Shown here: positions 25,417 through 34,932 of the stretch, one piece after another | How the letters are laid out: each line of letters starts with the position of its first letter | Numbering within the stretch: position 1 is the first letter of the stretch | Source of the DNA: Parcubacteria group bacterium Gr01-1014_13 | Lineage (GTDB): Bacteria > Patescibacteriota > Patescibacteriia > Magasanikbacterales > GWA2-37-8 | Direction: 5' to 3' | DNA: 35,326 nt | NCBI GenBank assembly: GCA_007376295.1 | Contig: VMGB01000001.1 | Coordinates: 248,643-283,968 of the forward strand | Made by a program: the position numbers and the translations under genes | Notes under the pieces: generated by a model | The model's input: only the letters and a program-made list of their open reading frames with translations | Told to the model about the DNA's origin: nothing | Database searches by the model: none

Positions 25417-28400
25417 TTATTGTTTAGCCAATTTAAGAACTGTTTCCTTATCCATTATTTTTTCTCCAGATGAATCCTTTACTATTAGATCCCCATTCTT
25501 ATTAACATTAAAAGTTGTGTCTTCTACATACCAAATAACATCTTTCTTTTTCGCAGGATCCCAGATACGTACGGCATTACTATTATTAGCCAGTATTGGT
25601 TCCAAGTCAGGGTTTGAATGTTCGGCAAAAACCAACTCCATTACCTTTCCATCTTCTTTGTTAAACAGGCTTTTACCTAAAGCCTCTACCCATTCATCCT
25701 TTCTATTTTTGTAAAGTTCCTCTGTCTCAATTATTTTATCTATTTGGCGTAAATCTGTAGAGCTTAATTTTAAGTTATGTTCCAAAGCGCTTTTATACTT
25801 TTCTTGTAATCCGTAGAGATAATTAGTTTTTTCTTCCAAAAATTTAGATGATCCCTCCGTGTAAACAAGAGAACTATCCATATGTTTTTCGATGGCAGCT
25901 CTCATGGTCTGGAAGTTGCCAAAAAACTCTTTCTGGTTTGATCCGTGTTCTACTAAAAATTTATTTAGCGGTGCGTCTGCGTGTGGTTCAGATGCGATTG
26001 GCGATTTTTCCGCGCTTTTTTCTACATTTGTTTCCGGTGCTTGTTTAGGGGCTGGCATTTTTTCTGCAGGAATATTTTTTTCGACCGGTGCCACAACTGG
26101 CGCAGCTTCTGCAACCGGAGTTGATTCGCTGGATTTATATGTATTTAAAGTTTTTTCTACACGAGTTGCAGGACGTACGGCTTCGGTACGAGAAGATTCT
26201 GTTTGTGGAACAACCGTGTTGGTTTCTGCTTGAACTGAAGCATTCCCTTCCCATTGTGGCGCCAGCCTGCTTCCCATTTTTTGCCAATCTTCACGGATAC
26301 TTTCCTTTATATCTGTTTTCCCTAAATCCAATTCTTTGTCTGGAGCAACAGTTTTTTCCACAACTGCGCCGCGAACTCCCATTTGATCTACAGTTACGGT
26401 GCCGCTACCGCTTAAAACCGGCTTACCTCCCTCAAGACCAAAATAGCTTACTTTGCCACGCACGTGGTTATCAATTCCTGGCTTACCATTAACGGCATCA
26501 ACTTCCAGACCGGCATTGGCTAAATCCGTACTTTCTCTGCCTTGCATGGCTTGAAACAGACCACTTACCATTCTAGGATCATTGGTATTATATTTTTCGG
26601 CAAATTTCAAAAATTCATCTGGTGTACCTTTGTTTATATGGCCGGATAAATGCCTTAAGTGATAAGAACTAAAATGCTGGCTTTGCAAATAATTGGCCGC
26701 GGCTTGTGGGCCGCCATGTTTTAAAATCTCCTCAAAAATTACTTGACGGCGTTCTCCCCCGCTTTCATCTAAAGTATCAATAGTGCCTTTTATTATATTT
26801 CCATGATGTGAGTGGGCATCCGGGCCAATTTTACTAGCGTTTAAAATATTTTCAATTGATTCCTTGTTGCTTAGTTCTGGATGTTCCTTGAGAAAACTTA
26901 CCAATGAGTCAGAAAATTCTGCGCTCAATTTATTATCATCAATTATTTGATCAATACTGATACCTTGTGGTACTTCTGCTGGAACCGGAACTTCTGGACG
27001 TTCGACGATAGGTGGTTGCTCTGGACCGCTTGGAACTTCAGGCTTTTCTGATTCTTTATTTCCTCCGAGTATATTTGTGGGATTGGAATACGTTTCCCAA
27101 ACACGCTCTACATGCTCAGCAAAATTTTTAGACACGGTCACAGCTGCGCCATTCTCTTTTAATTGGCTTAGGAGTTTATCGATAGCCTGCTCATGCACAG
27201 TTGTACCGGAAATAGCCAAACCATAAATACCAAAACCACGGGCGATAGTGCCTAAAGCTTTTATGAAATCAACGGTTCTTTTTACGCCTCCAACGCCTTC
27301 TTTTTCTCCTCTACCAGTCAAAGCCCGGGCTGTTTCTATGGCTGAATTTACAAATACATCTTTAGCAACAAATTTTAATTCTGTTTTTTTCTCATTTGCG
27401 CCAAATGTTTTTTTGTCAAATTCTTTTCTGGCTTTACCCGCCCGTTCAGCAATAGCAGTGCCGGCGTACATAAGCCCACGTAACATCGCAAAGCCCGTAG
27501 CTGTAAGAGCAAAGTTCAATCCGTCCCGAGCAATTTTCATGCCAGAGATTTTACCTTGTATATATGAATCCAAGGCGCTATCCACTTGTTTGTTTCTATC
27601 TTTAGCAGTCGCCTTTGAATCTTGTTCATGCTTCATCGAAATCAACCACAATCTATCTAATAGCGCTTTTTTCTCTTCAGGAGAAATATCAGCCGATTCA
27701 ACTTTTGTTTTTAAATCAGCCAGATGCTGAACTATTTTTTCACTTTCTTCCAAAGTTTTATTTTTCTTATTTTTTTCAAAAGATTCAATTAAATTCTGGT
27801 ATGCTTCATTAATGGCTTCTCTGGAACCTTTGGATTCTTTGCGTCCTTTCCACCACTCGGCTAAGTCACCTTTGCCTTTTATGGCATACAACGCGTCGGT
27901 AATTAATTTTACACCCAAAACAGAAGTAACAGTGTCATAACTAACTTTCTGGGCTACTTTTTTTGTTTCACGATTAAAAACAGCCTCTTTAAATCTGCTC
28001 CACAGGCCCTTTTTTGGTTCTTGTTTTACTTCAACAGGGTAATCTGGAATTATCTCTACTTTATTTTCCGCTTTGACCATTTTCTCGGCCACAATACCTT
28101 TATCCGGAATTTCTCCGGACATAACGGGTTCTTTTTCTGAAGTTTTTAATTCAGCAGATGGTTTTACTGGCTCGCCCTGTAAATCACTCACATCGATTTC
28201 TACATCTTCATTTTCTGGTTCTAAGGGGTGTAATTCTAAACTTAATTTTTCTTCTTCTATCGGTTTTTCTTCTATAATTTGTTCTTCAAGCACAGGTTCT
28301 GTTTCTTTTTTTGGTTCTTTTACTTTTTCAACCGATTTTTCTTTTTCCTTAGTTTTTTCCCAAGAAGGGGCGTTCCCAGCCAACTGACTTTTAAATTCTT

Positions 28401-29427
28401 TGTATATATTTTCCGGAATTTTGGAGAGTAATTCTTTAAAAGTATGCTCAAATCTTTTCATTTGTTCCTCAACTTCGTTGGGAAGGTTCGCTCGATCCGC
28501 TTTACCAGCTAAACGCAAAATCTGATTAATTCTTTTGGTTAATTCATTGGTTTCTTGCCGTTTTTCTTTGCTTAATAATTTTACGCCGATTTCTTCAAGC
28601 AGGCCCCAATCAGCTTCCGCGTCTTCCAACCCTATAACTGTCACTTTTTTTTCTTTTGCCACCTTCTTTTTCTCCGGCTCGGGCTGTTCTTTGCCCACAC
28701 CCAACTCAATCGCGATTTTCTTCAAGTCTTCATCAGAAATTTCTTTTTCTTTTGGTTGCTGTTTAGGCACTTGATCCGGCGATTTAGGAAATATTTTATA
28801 AGCATCCTTTACGCCTAATTCAAAGTTGATGTCTATTTCTTCAAAATCATCATATAACTTCTGATCCAACTTTTCTTTCATTCTGCCCAACATGCCTTTC
28901 AAGGATTTGATATAATTCTCAATACTTAGGCCTTGAGGATTTTCAATATTATGATTTTGTAAGTAACTTTCCAATTCTTCCAGAGTTCTTTCGGCATGAT
29001 TATAGTGTTCCTTAACATTTATAGATTCACGATCGTCCCCGGCGGTGATGGTCTCCAATTCTTGTATATCCTCTTTAATCTCATCTTTAACTTCTTCTTG
29101 CGGTTCTGGAATTTTAGTCTCTGGCTGTTCCACTGATAACTCCTGTAGTTTATTTTTTATTTTATCTATCTTTTTTGATATTTTATTTATCGCTTTTGCA
29201 AATCTATCCTCGTCTTTTATAAAACGCTTCGGTTCTCCGCGTTCATCGCTAAGCTCAAAAATAAGCATGCTAATGCTTTTTACTAAACCATCCATTTCTT
29301 CGCCACCTTTTCTTAGAGCACCGGCCTCTACAGTCAGTGCGTCCAGGTCATTTTTTAAATTTTCGATGACCATTCGTCTTTCTTCCAAACTAGATGGCGG
29401 TCGAAATTTTTCAGGATTTTTAGGCAT
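25417..29427 (-). CDS. Large hypothetical protein (1336 aa), Glu/Lys-rich coiled coils with central Gly/Ala hydrophobic helices
   Basis: Uninterrupted 4 kb ORF; no recognisable catalytic motif. Confidence 0.88.
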   Translation of the reverse strand: MPKNPEKFRPPSSLEERRMVIENLKNDLDALTVEAGALRKGGEEMDGLVKSISMLIFELSDERGEPKRFIKDEDRFAKAINKISKKIDKIKNKLQELSVEQPETKIPEPQEEVKDEIKEDIQELETITAGDDRESINVKEHYNHAERTLEELESYLQNHNIENPQGLSIENYIKSLKGMLGRMKEKLDQKLYDDFEEIDINFELGVKDAYKIFPKSPDQVPKQQPKEKEISDEDLKKIAIELGVGKEQPEPEKKKVAKEKKVTVIGLEDAEADWGLLEEIGVKLLSKEKRQETNELTKRINQILRLAGKADRANLPNEVEEQMKRFEHTFKELLSKIPENIYKEFKSQLAGNAPSWEKTKEKEKSVEKVKEPKKETEPVLEEQIIEEKPIEEEKLSLELHPLEPENEDVEIDVSDLQGEPVKPSAELKTSEKEPVMSGEIPDKGIVAEKMVKAENKVEIIPDYPVEVKQEPKKGLWSRFKEAVFNRETKKVAQKVSYDTVTSVLGVKLITDALYAIKGKGDLAEWWKGRKESKGSREAINEAYQNLIESFEKNKKNKTLEESEKIVQHLADLKTKVESADISPEEKKALLDRLWLISMKHEQDSKATAKDRNKQVDSALDSYIQGKISGMKIARDGLNFALTATGFAMLRGLMYAGTAIAERAGKARKEFDKKTFGANEKKTELKFVAKDVFVNSAIETARALTGRGEKEGVGGVKRTVDFIKALGTIARGFGIYGLAISGTTVHEQAIDKLLSQLKENGAAVTVSKNFAEHVERVWETYSNPTNILGGNKESEKPEVPSGPEQPPIVERPEVPVPAEVPQGISIDQIIDDNKLSAEFSDSLVSFLKEHPELSNKESIENILNASKIGPDAHSHHGNIIKGTIDTLDESGGERRQVIFEEILKHGGPQAAANYLQSQHFSSYHLRHLSGHINKGTPDEFLKFAEKYNTNDPRMVSGLFQAMQGRESTDLANAGLEVDAVNGKPGIDNHVRGKVSYFGLEGGKPVLSGSGTVTVDQMGVRGAVVEKTVAPDKELDLGKTDIKESIREDWQKMGSRLAPQWEGNASVQAETNTVVPQTESSRTEAVRPATRVEKTLNTYKSSESTPVAEAAPVVAPVEKNIPAEKMPAPKQAPETNVEKSAEKSPIASEPHADAPLNKFLVEHGSNQKEFFGNFQTMRAAIEKHMDSSLVYTEGSSKFLEEKTNYLYGLQEKYKSALEHNLKLSSTDLRQIDKIIETEELYKNRKDEWVEALGKSLFNKEDGKVMELVFAEHSNPDLEPILANNSNAVRIWDPAKKKDVIWYVEDTTFNVNKNGDLIVKDSSGEKIMDKETVLKLAKQ

Positions 29428-29430
29428 ACC

Positions 29431-29712
29431 TTAAGAAATAGAATCAAGTTCTTTGGTTGTGTTGGCGTTAACCTGAGCAACCGCATCTTCATATTTTTCC
29501 TCTATATTTTTTAACTCCCCAACAAGTTTTTCGTCCGCATTTTTGGTGACTTCTTGTAAATAACTAGCTTCCAAAACTTCGCTTAATTCTTCTAGCTGGG
29601 CTTCGCTCATTTCCGGCAACAAACTAAACAAGGCCTCACGCTGTTGTGAAGTTAATTCGAGAGTTGCTATCAAAAACCCCAACCTCTTTCCCCTCTCTTC
29701 GGCTGAAGACAT
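29431..29712 (-). CDS. Small acidic helical hypothetical protein
   Basis: Tightly packed in operon upstream of the large ORF. Confidence 0.78.
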   Translation of the reverse strand: MSSAEERGKRLGFLIATLELTSQQREALFSLLPEMSEAQLEELSEVLEASYLQEVTKNADEKLVGELKNIEEKYEDAVAQVNANTTKELDSIS

Positions 29713-29725
29713 AAGGCTAAATTAA

Positions 29726-30337
29726 TTATTTTCCAAAAAGATGACGTTGTTTGTATCTGATAACCCAAAGGCTTGCTATTAAAATACCAAGCAAGAATCC
29801 AACAACTGAATTTACCGGAATATTTGGCCGGGCAAACCAAGGTGAGACGAGCGGATTGCTGATAGTTTTCATAGCCACATCTCCGCCTAAATATTCCCAG
29901 CCTTGCGCTGTCAAAGTTTGGGTAATAGCGTTGGATAAATTCCTAGCTTCGTTTTGACTATAGCTATAAACGTTTATATTCATAATACTGGCGCCATAAA
30001 CCATACCGGCTTGCACGTCTTTGGTCCACTTTTTTCTTTGTTCACGATCGCTTAAATTTTGCCATTGTGTGCGATCAAAAGAAACGGCGTTTGAGCCCAT
30101 TACTTTGTTATAAAAATCAGTAGTTTTCATTATTTGCGCCAAATTAGAGCCGATTCTTTCGGCTGATCTGGCTTGAGTATATGGATCTACGCCAGCCCGG
30201 TCTCTGGAGATTATCAAAACCTGGCTAGTGGCCAAGTATTGTTTAGGAAAAAACAGGCTTACCCCTGCGGATAAAGTCGCAAAAAGTATCCCCCAAACGA
30301 AAATTAATTTGGCATTCCTTTGTAAAAGATGAAACAT
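29726..30337 (-). CDS. Wzz/CpsC-like chain-length determinant
   Basis: TM at both ends, PKQYLATSQVLI, P..RPN...N..VGFLLG. Confidence 0.82.
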   Translation of the reverse strand: MFHLLQRNAKLIFVWGILFATLSAGVSLFFPKQYLATSQVLIISRDRAGVDPYTQARSAERIGSNLAQIMKTTDFYNKVMGSNAVSFDRTQWQNLSDREQRKKWTKDVQAGMVYGASIMNINVYSYSQNEARNLSNAITQTLTAQGWEYLGGDVAMKTISNPLVSPWFARPNIPVNSVVGFLLGILIASLWVIRYKQRHLFGK

Positions 30338-30356
30338 AAATAATTACTATTATTTG

Positions 30357-31400
30357 TTATTTGGTTTGTACTACTTTAACTTCCAACTCTAGTGTTTTAT
30401 TCCCCCTTAAAACTTTCACATTAACAGCTGGATTGTTGTTAATAGTATACCATAAATTATCCGGAGTAACAATTCTACCGTTAACTTCCAGCAACACATC
30501 GCCCCGGCGCAAAACACTGGAAGGAGACCAGACACTTGAGACTATAAAACCATCCACTTTTGTTTTTTCAGAAATTATAGTTTGTTCATCGCCAAACCAG
30601 CCATCAACCCCGAGAGTTGGATAAGATAATGTTTGTTGGCTCAAAATTTTTGGTAAAATTCTGGTGAGATAAAAACTAGGTAATAATAAATTTTTTTCAG
30701 TTACAAATCCGACCACCCGTCCCTGACTATTTATCGCCACTTCACCGACACTAAACGAACCATTTAGTGAATACGATAACAGGGGTGCTGAATCCAAATG
30801 CGGAATTTGATAATTTAAAGAAGGATATAACACGGATCCATGGTACCAATAGGAATTATGAAAAATAAAGACATCGTCCAGAACGGAGTTTTCATCAATG
30901 AACCCTGATACTTTGAATTGACTGTCTTTAATTTTTATATAAAGAATTCCGGAATATTTATCAAGCAACGCTTTCTCTGGCTGTAAAACTCGCCCGTCGT
31001 CGGTGACAACGTACAAATTCTTGGAATTATTATCATAATTAGGCTGATACATAGCTAACCAGCCATCCGAGCTTAGCATTATACCGTCCCCTATTTTTTT
31101 ATTTAAATAACTAGCGCCGCTCAAATTAGACAGGCCCCGGTGCACAGATACGATGCGGGAAGAAACTTCTTCGCGGATACGACTTTCCAACTGGGCACGC
31201 GATAAACCTGGGCTGATATAAGATGTAACCCACATATCGCCTTCGGCAAGGCGGGGCCAAATCCAACCTAACATCATAGAAGCGCCGCTCATACCTGCGA
31301 CCAAACCAAAAATAACAGTGACTAAAAGTATTTTTAACCTTTGCCACAAACGATGAATTTCTATATTAGATGTTTTAGGAGGAAGATGAGGAGGGTGCAT
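30357..31400 (-). CDS. HtrA-like trypsin-fold + PDZ protein, catalytic residues apparently lost
   Basis: Start ATG 31400; TM; GIMLSSDGW, INSQGRVVG, PTLGV, LRRGDVLLEVNG, VLRG. Confidence 0.78.
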   Translation of the reverse strand: MHPPHLPPKTSNIEIHRLWQRLKILLVTVIFGLVAGMSGASMMLGWIWPRLAEGDMWVTSYISPGLSRAQLESRIREEVSSRIVSVHRGLSNLSGASYLNKKIGDGIMLSSDGWLAMYQPNYDNNSKNLYVVTDDGRVLQPEKALLDKYSGILYIKIKDSQFKVSGFIDENSVLDDVFIFHNSYWYHGSVLYPSLNYQIPHLDSAPLLSYSLNGSFSVGEVAINSQGRVVGFVTEKNLLLPSFYLTRILPKILSQQTLSYPTLGVDGWFGDEQTIISEKTKVDGFIVSSVWSPSSVLRRGDVLLEVNGRIVTPDNLWYTINNNPAVNVKVLRGNKTLELEVKVVQTK

Positions 31401-31401
31401 A

Positions 31402-32193
31402 TTACTTCCAGCGGATAATAAAGAATAAAAATAGGGGGAACAAAACGGCATTAAAACTTAAAAACCAAACCTGTTTACGCCAATTTATTCCTTCCGGACT
31501 TAAATTGAACCTGGCTAACAACCAAACTACATACCAACACCAGATTAAAACCAGAGTACCAGTAAGGTAACCTATGGGCAAAAGTCCTATTACCCAAAGC
31601 AATTCCAAAATCATTACAAACCAACAACCTACCCATATCCAAAAACGCTTATTTTCTTCTACTCCATACTCCCACCACCACCAACCAGCAACAAACGTAG
31701 AAAATAACGAAGCCAATATGTACCAAACCCACGAATTAATGCCGGGAGCGATTTGAAAGGAAATTATTGCCCCAGCGGCTTGAAATACTCCGGCCAGACC
31801 AATTACTGACATGATAAACCGCCAACGCAAATGCGGTTTGAGAAAAGTTGCCAAGCTGACGCTTGATGCCGGCAATAACCAAAAACTGAAAAAGGAAAAA
31901 AAACAAAATAGGGCACCAAACAAATACCAGGCAAACCGCCATTCAATAAACAGGAGGAATGACAAAGACCCCAGCACCATCACCACCAGGGATGCTATAT
32001 GTTTGTACCGGCTCATCTCGGCTGGGTAATAAACTAGCCACATCAAAGCTCCCCAAATAGCGAGTCTAAATAGCAACCAAACCCCAACCAACCACCAGGA
32101 ATGGAACTGGCGTAACCACCAAAGCATAACTAGGTTTACAAGTAAATCCAGTACAGCGGCTAGTTTTGGATGAAAGGATAATGATTTAAGCAT
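31402..32193 (-). CDS. Trp-rich multi-pass membrane protein
   Basis: About nine hydrophobic segments; first gene of the minus-strand operon. Confidence 0.8.
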   Translation of the reverse strand: MLKSLSFHPKLAAVLDLLVNLVMLWWLRQFHSWWLVGVWLLFRLAIWGALMWLVYYPAEMSRYKHIASLVVMVLGSLSFLLFIEWRFAWYLFGALFCFFSFFSFWLLPASSVSLATFLKPHLRWRFIMSVIGLAGVFQAAGAIISFQIAPGINSWVWYILASLFSTFVAGWWWWEYGVEENKRFWIWVGCWFVMILELLWVIGLLPIGYLTGTLVLIWCWYVVWLLARFNLSPEGINWRKQVWFLSFNAVLFPLFLFFIIRWK

Positions 32194-32251
32194 AATATAC
32201 GCGCCGTATTATAGCCTTTTTTTAGAGAAAAGGCAAACTGTATATGGAAAT

Positions 32252-32281
32252 AAAAAAGCGCCGTACCCGAAGGTCGTGCGC
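32252..32281 (-). terminator. Intrinsic terminator with cUUCGg tetraloop
   Basis: Minus strand GCGC-a-CG-ACC-TTCG-GGT-a-CG-GCGC-TTTTTT. Confidence 0.72.
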
Positions 32282-32297
32282 TCACTAACTGCTGAAA

Positions 32298-32834
32298 CTA
32301 ATGATCCAAGAGCATTGCTTTAGGCAGCTCCGAACGTTCTCCTGGGTAATAGGCCGATGGATCATGAGACATGTTGATATATTCGATACGCTTATAACCA
32401 AGCTGTTTTGCGAGCGGTTCCAAAACAGTATGAGCAATTTGACGCAATTGCGGATCATCCAAAAACAATTCGCACTTCAACGGCCGCTCACCTTTATAAG
32501 GAACAATCTGATCGTTCATTCGAATGTTTCTTCTAGCATAACTAATCGTGCCCTCAAATTCTTCCATCGGAATTGGTTGCGCAACATCAGTAATGCACAA
32601 TAGTTTGCCTAAAAACTCTTTCTTCCAAAACCACCAACCAGTGGTTGTGTGCAAATGAATAGTATGTGCATAGGTTTCTGTATACCAACTAAAATCTTCA
32701 TTCTTACACCTATGACTGCTTAACCATACTGTTTTTTTACCTAATTTAGCAATCACCTTTATAGAAGCAACATCGATAGATATTTGCCTCATAGCTTCGT
32801 CGATCACACGAACCCACGGCGAAATTTGTGACAT
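32298..32834 (-). CDS. Hypothetical protein (178 aa orphan)
   Basis: SD AGGAG, own promoter and terminator. Confidence 0.75.
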   Translation of the reverse strand: MSQISPWVRVIDEAMRQISIDVASIKVIAKLGKKTVWLSSHRCKNEDFSWYTETYAHTIHLHTTTGWWFWKKEFLGKLLCITDVAQPIPMEEFEGTISYARRNIRMNDQIVPYKGERPLKCELFLDDPQLRQIAHTVLEPLAKQLGYKRIEYINMSHDPSAYYPGERSELPKAMLLDH

Positions 32835-32900
32835 TGGTGACTCCTATCTAAAACCACCAGAATCACTCTGGCAGGTGTCCACAAACTTAGTGGACAGATT

Positions 32901-32929
32901 AAACTAACACAGAAAAAGCTTGTTGTCAA
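32901..32929 (-). promoter_or_regulatory. sigma70-type promoter, back-to-back with the smpB promoter
   Basis: TTGACA-17 nt-TAGTTT with TGn extension. Confidence 0.6.
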
Positions 32930-32960
32930 CACCCCGATTTTATGTTATCCTTCAAGAAAT

Positions 32961-33404
32961 ATGTCAGTCCTAGCCGAAAACAAAAAAGCCCTATTTGACT
33001 ATGAAATCCTCGAAAAATACGAGGCTGGTTTGGCATTGACTGGCCAGGAAGTAAAATCTGCCAGAATGGGTCAAATCAACCTAAAAGGCTCCTACGTCAC
33101 CTTTCATAACGGCAAAGCCTATGTTTTAAATATGCATATAAACAAATATAAGCCAGCTGGCCCTATGCCCGACTATGATCCGACCCATACCCGCCAATTA
33201 CTCCTTCACAAAAAAGAAATCGCATATTTACAAGGAAAATCCATGGAAAAGGGCTTGACAATACTGCCTTTACAAGTGTATACTAAACAACGCTTGCTCA
33301 AGATAGAAGTGGCTGTCGCAAGAGGAAAAAAGACCTACGACAAAAGAGAAGCCATAAAATCTAGAGAACTGAAAAGAGAACTCGATCGAGCAAGAAAAAA
33401 CTAA
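32961..33404 (+). CDS. smpB: SsrA-binding protein
   Basis: NKKALFDYEILEKYEAGLALTGQEVKS, RQLLLHKKEI, ARGKKTYDKRE. Confidence 0.98.
   Translation: MSVLAENKKALFDYEILEKYEAGLALTGQEVKSARMGQINLKGSYVTFHNGKAYVLNMHINKYKPAGPMPDYDPTHTRQLLLHKKEIAYLQGKSMEKGLTILPLQVYTKQRLLKIEVAVARGKKTYDKREAIKSRELKRELDRARKN
33255..33284 (+). promoter_or_regulatory. Candidate internal promoter in smpB for ssrA/infC operon
   Basis: TTGACA-18 nt-TATACT. Confidence 0.55.
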
Positions 33405-33796
33405 GGGGGTGCCGGGCTTCGATAGAGGCTGCTGGCTACGCTGGCATACCGAGGACGCTCTTCACCTCGTAAATCACAGGAGCAATATAATAAGTGCAAA
33501 CTTATTTACAAAAGCCAAAGTTGCTGTTGCCAATTTATTTGGTCAACGCGCTTTCGCTCCGGTAATGGCTTAATACCCAATACCCATTGCACCGACAATA
33601 CTCTGTAGTCGGATCGCAGTGTCACTAACAGAGAGTAGCTATACTGTAGCGCCGACTGCGATATAGTGAAGTTACCCGGCTAGTCAAAGTGATTTTCGTC
33701 CCCTTCTATCACCTTGATGAAATACCAAGGGACACTAAGTATGTAGAAGGTTTAGTCAAAGTTATCTACACGCGAGTTCAACTCTCGCCACCTCCA
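33405..33796 (+). ncRNA. ssrA: tmRNA
   Basis: 5' GGGGGTG pairs with 3' CACCTCC-A (G3.U alanine identity); T-arm GCGAG-TTCAACT-CTCGC; tag frame 33496-33573 with GCA resume codon; adjacent to smpB. Confidence 0.95.
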
Positions 33797-33802
33797 CACG
33801 TT

Positions 33803-34348
33803 ATGCGTATATCGCACAAAAAACATAAACCAGAACCGAAAAAAACTTTTTTCTTTAATGCGGGTATTACTGTTCCTGAAGTTTTGGTTTTAGGTAATGA
33901 TGGTAAAATGTTGGGCTCAATGAGCCCAGCCGAAGGTATGCGTTTAGCTAAAGAACAAGAACTTGATCTGGTTTTAATCAATCCTAAATCAAACCCGCCG
34001 GTAGCAAAAATTATTGATTTCGGACAGTTTAAATATCAGCAAGAAAAAGAAGAGCGTTTAAAACAAGCTCACGCCCATGTAACGGAAGTAAAGGGTATAA
34101 GACTTTCTCTGCGCATTTCTCCACACGACATGAAAAACAGAGAAAATCAAACTATCGAATTTTTAAATGATGGAGATAAGGTAAAGATAGAAATCTTTTT
34201 AAAAGGCAGAGAGATGCAACAAAAACAGATGGCTAAAGATATAATTGAAAGATTTATAAACAACGTAAATGCTTTAGTACCCGTCCGCAAAGATCAAGAA
34301 ATAGAATCACAATTTAATAAAGTAACAGCAATCATTGCTAAAAAATAA
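33803..34348 (+). CDS. infC: Translation initiation factor IF-3
   Basis: [41 protein letters not shown]; start set at ATG 33803 because upstream is tmRNA. Confidence 0.95.
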   Translation: MRISHKKHKPEPKKTFFFNAGITVPEVLVLGNDGKMLGSMSPAEGMRLAKEQELDLVLINPKSNPPVAKIIDFGQFKYQQEKEERLKQAHAHVTEVKGIRLSLRISPHDMKNRENQTIEFLNDGDKVKIEIFLKGREMQQKQMAKDIIERFINNVNALVPVRKDQEIESQFNKVTAIIAKK

Positions 34349-34349
34349 T

Positions 34350-34544
34350 ATGCCTAAACTAAAAACACACAAAGCGACAGCCAAAAGATACAAAGTAACA
34401 AAAACTGGAAAAATTATAAAACGCACAGCTGGACAAAACCATTTCAATGCCAGAGAAAATGGCAAGACAGGTCGTAATAAAAAATCCGATGTAGTTGCTA
34501 GTCAGACACTACGCCGAGTAATGCAGATTAATTTACCGAACTAA
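34350..34544 (+). CDS. rpmI: 50S ribosomal protein L35
   Basis: [21 protein letters not shown]; infC-rpmI-rplT order. Confidence 0.97.
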   Translation: MPKLKTHKATAKRYKVTKTGKIIKRTAGQNHFNARENGKTGRNKKSDVVASQTLRRVMQINLPN

Positions 34545-34549
34545 TACAT

Positions 34550-34894
34550 ATGACAAGAGTTAAAGGTGGTTTACTCCACGCTAAACGCCGACGCGGGATA
34601 TTAAAACACACACGTGGTTTCCGCTGGGGCAGAAAATCAAAGATCAAAGTAGCTAAACCAGCCAAAATGAAAGCTGGTCAATTCGCTTTTGAAGACCGCC
34701 GCCAAAAAAAGCGCACTAACAGAGGTTTGTGGAATATCCGCATCAATGCCGCTGTTCGTGAATTTGGTCTAAGCTACAGCAAGTTAATCAACGCCTTGAA
34801 GAAAAACAATGTTGCGCTCGACAGAAAGATACTGGCCGAACTCGCTGAAAACCACAGTTCTGTATTCGCCAAAGTGGTAGAAGCTGTAAAGTAA
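34550..34894 (+). CDS. rplT: 50S ribosomal protein L20
   Basis: MTRVKGG, LWNIRINAAVR, LDRKILAELA. Confidence 0.98.
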   Translation: MTRVKGGLLHAKRRRGILKHTRGFRWGRKSKIKVAKPAKMKAGQFAFEDRRQKKRTNRGLWNIRINAAVREFGLSYSKLINALKKNNVALDRKILAELAENHSSVFAKVVEAVK

Positions 34895-34898
34895 AGGC

Positions 34899-34926
34899 TT
34901 GACAAAAAAAGCAAAATAAGTAAAAT
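34899..34926 (+). promoter_or_regulatory. sigma70-type promoter upstream of hairpin RNA
   Basis: TTGACA-16 nt-TAAAAT. Confidence 0.6.
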
Positions 34927-34932
34927 ATCTTC

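Noticed and set aside
33689-33802. N-terminal extension of infC in the ORF track
   Set aside because: Lies within the tmRNA 3' domain
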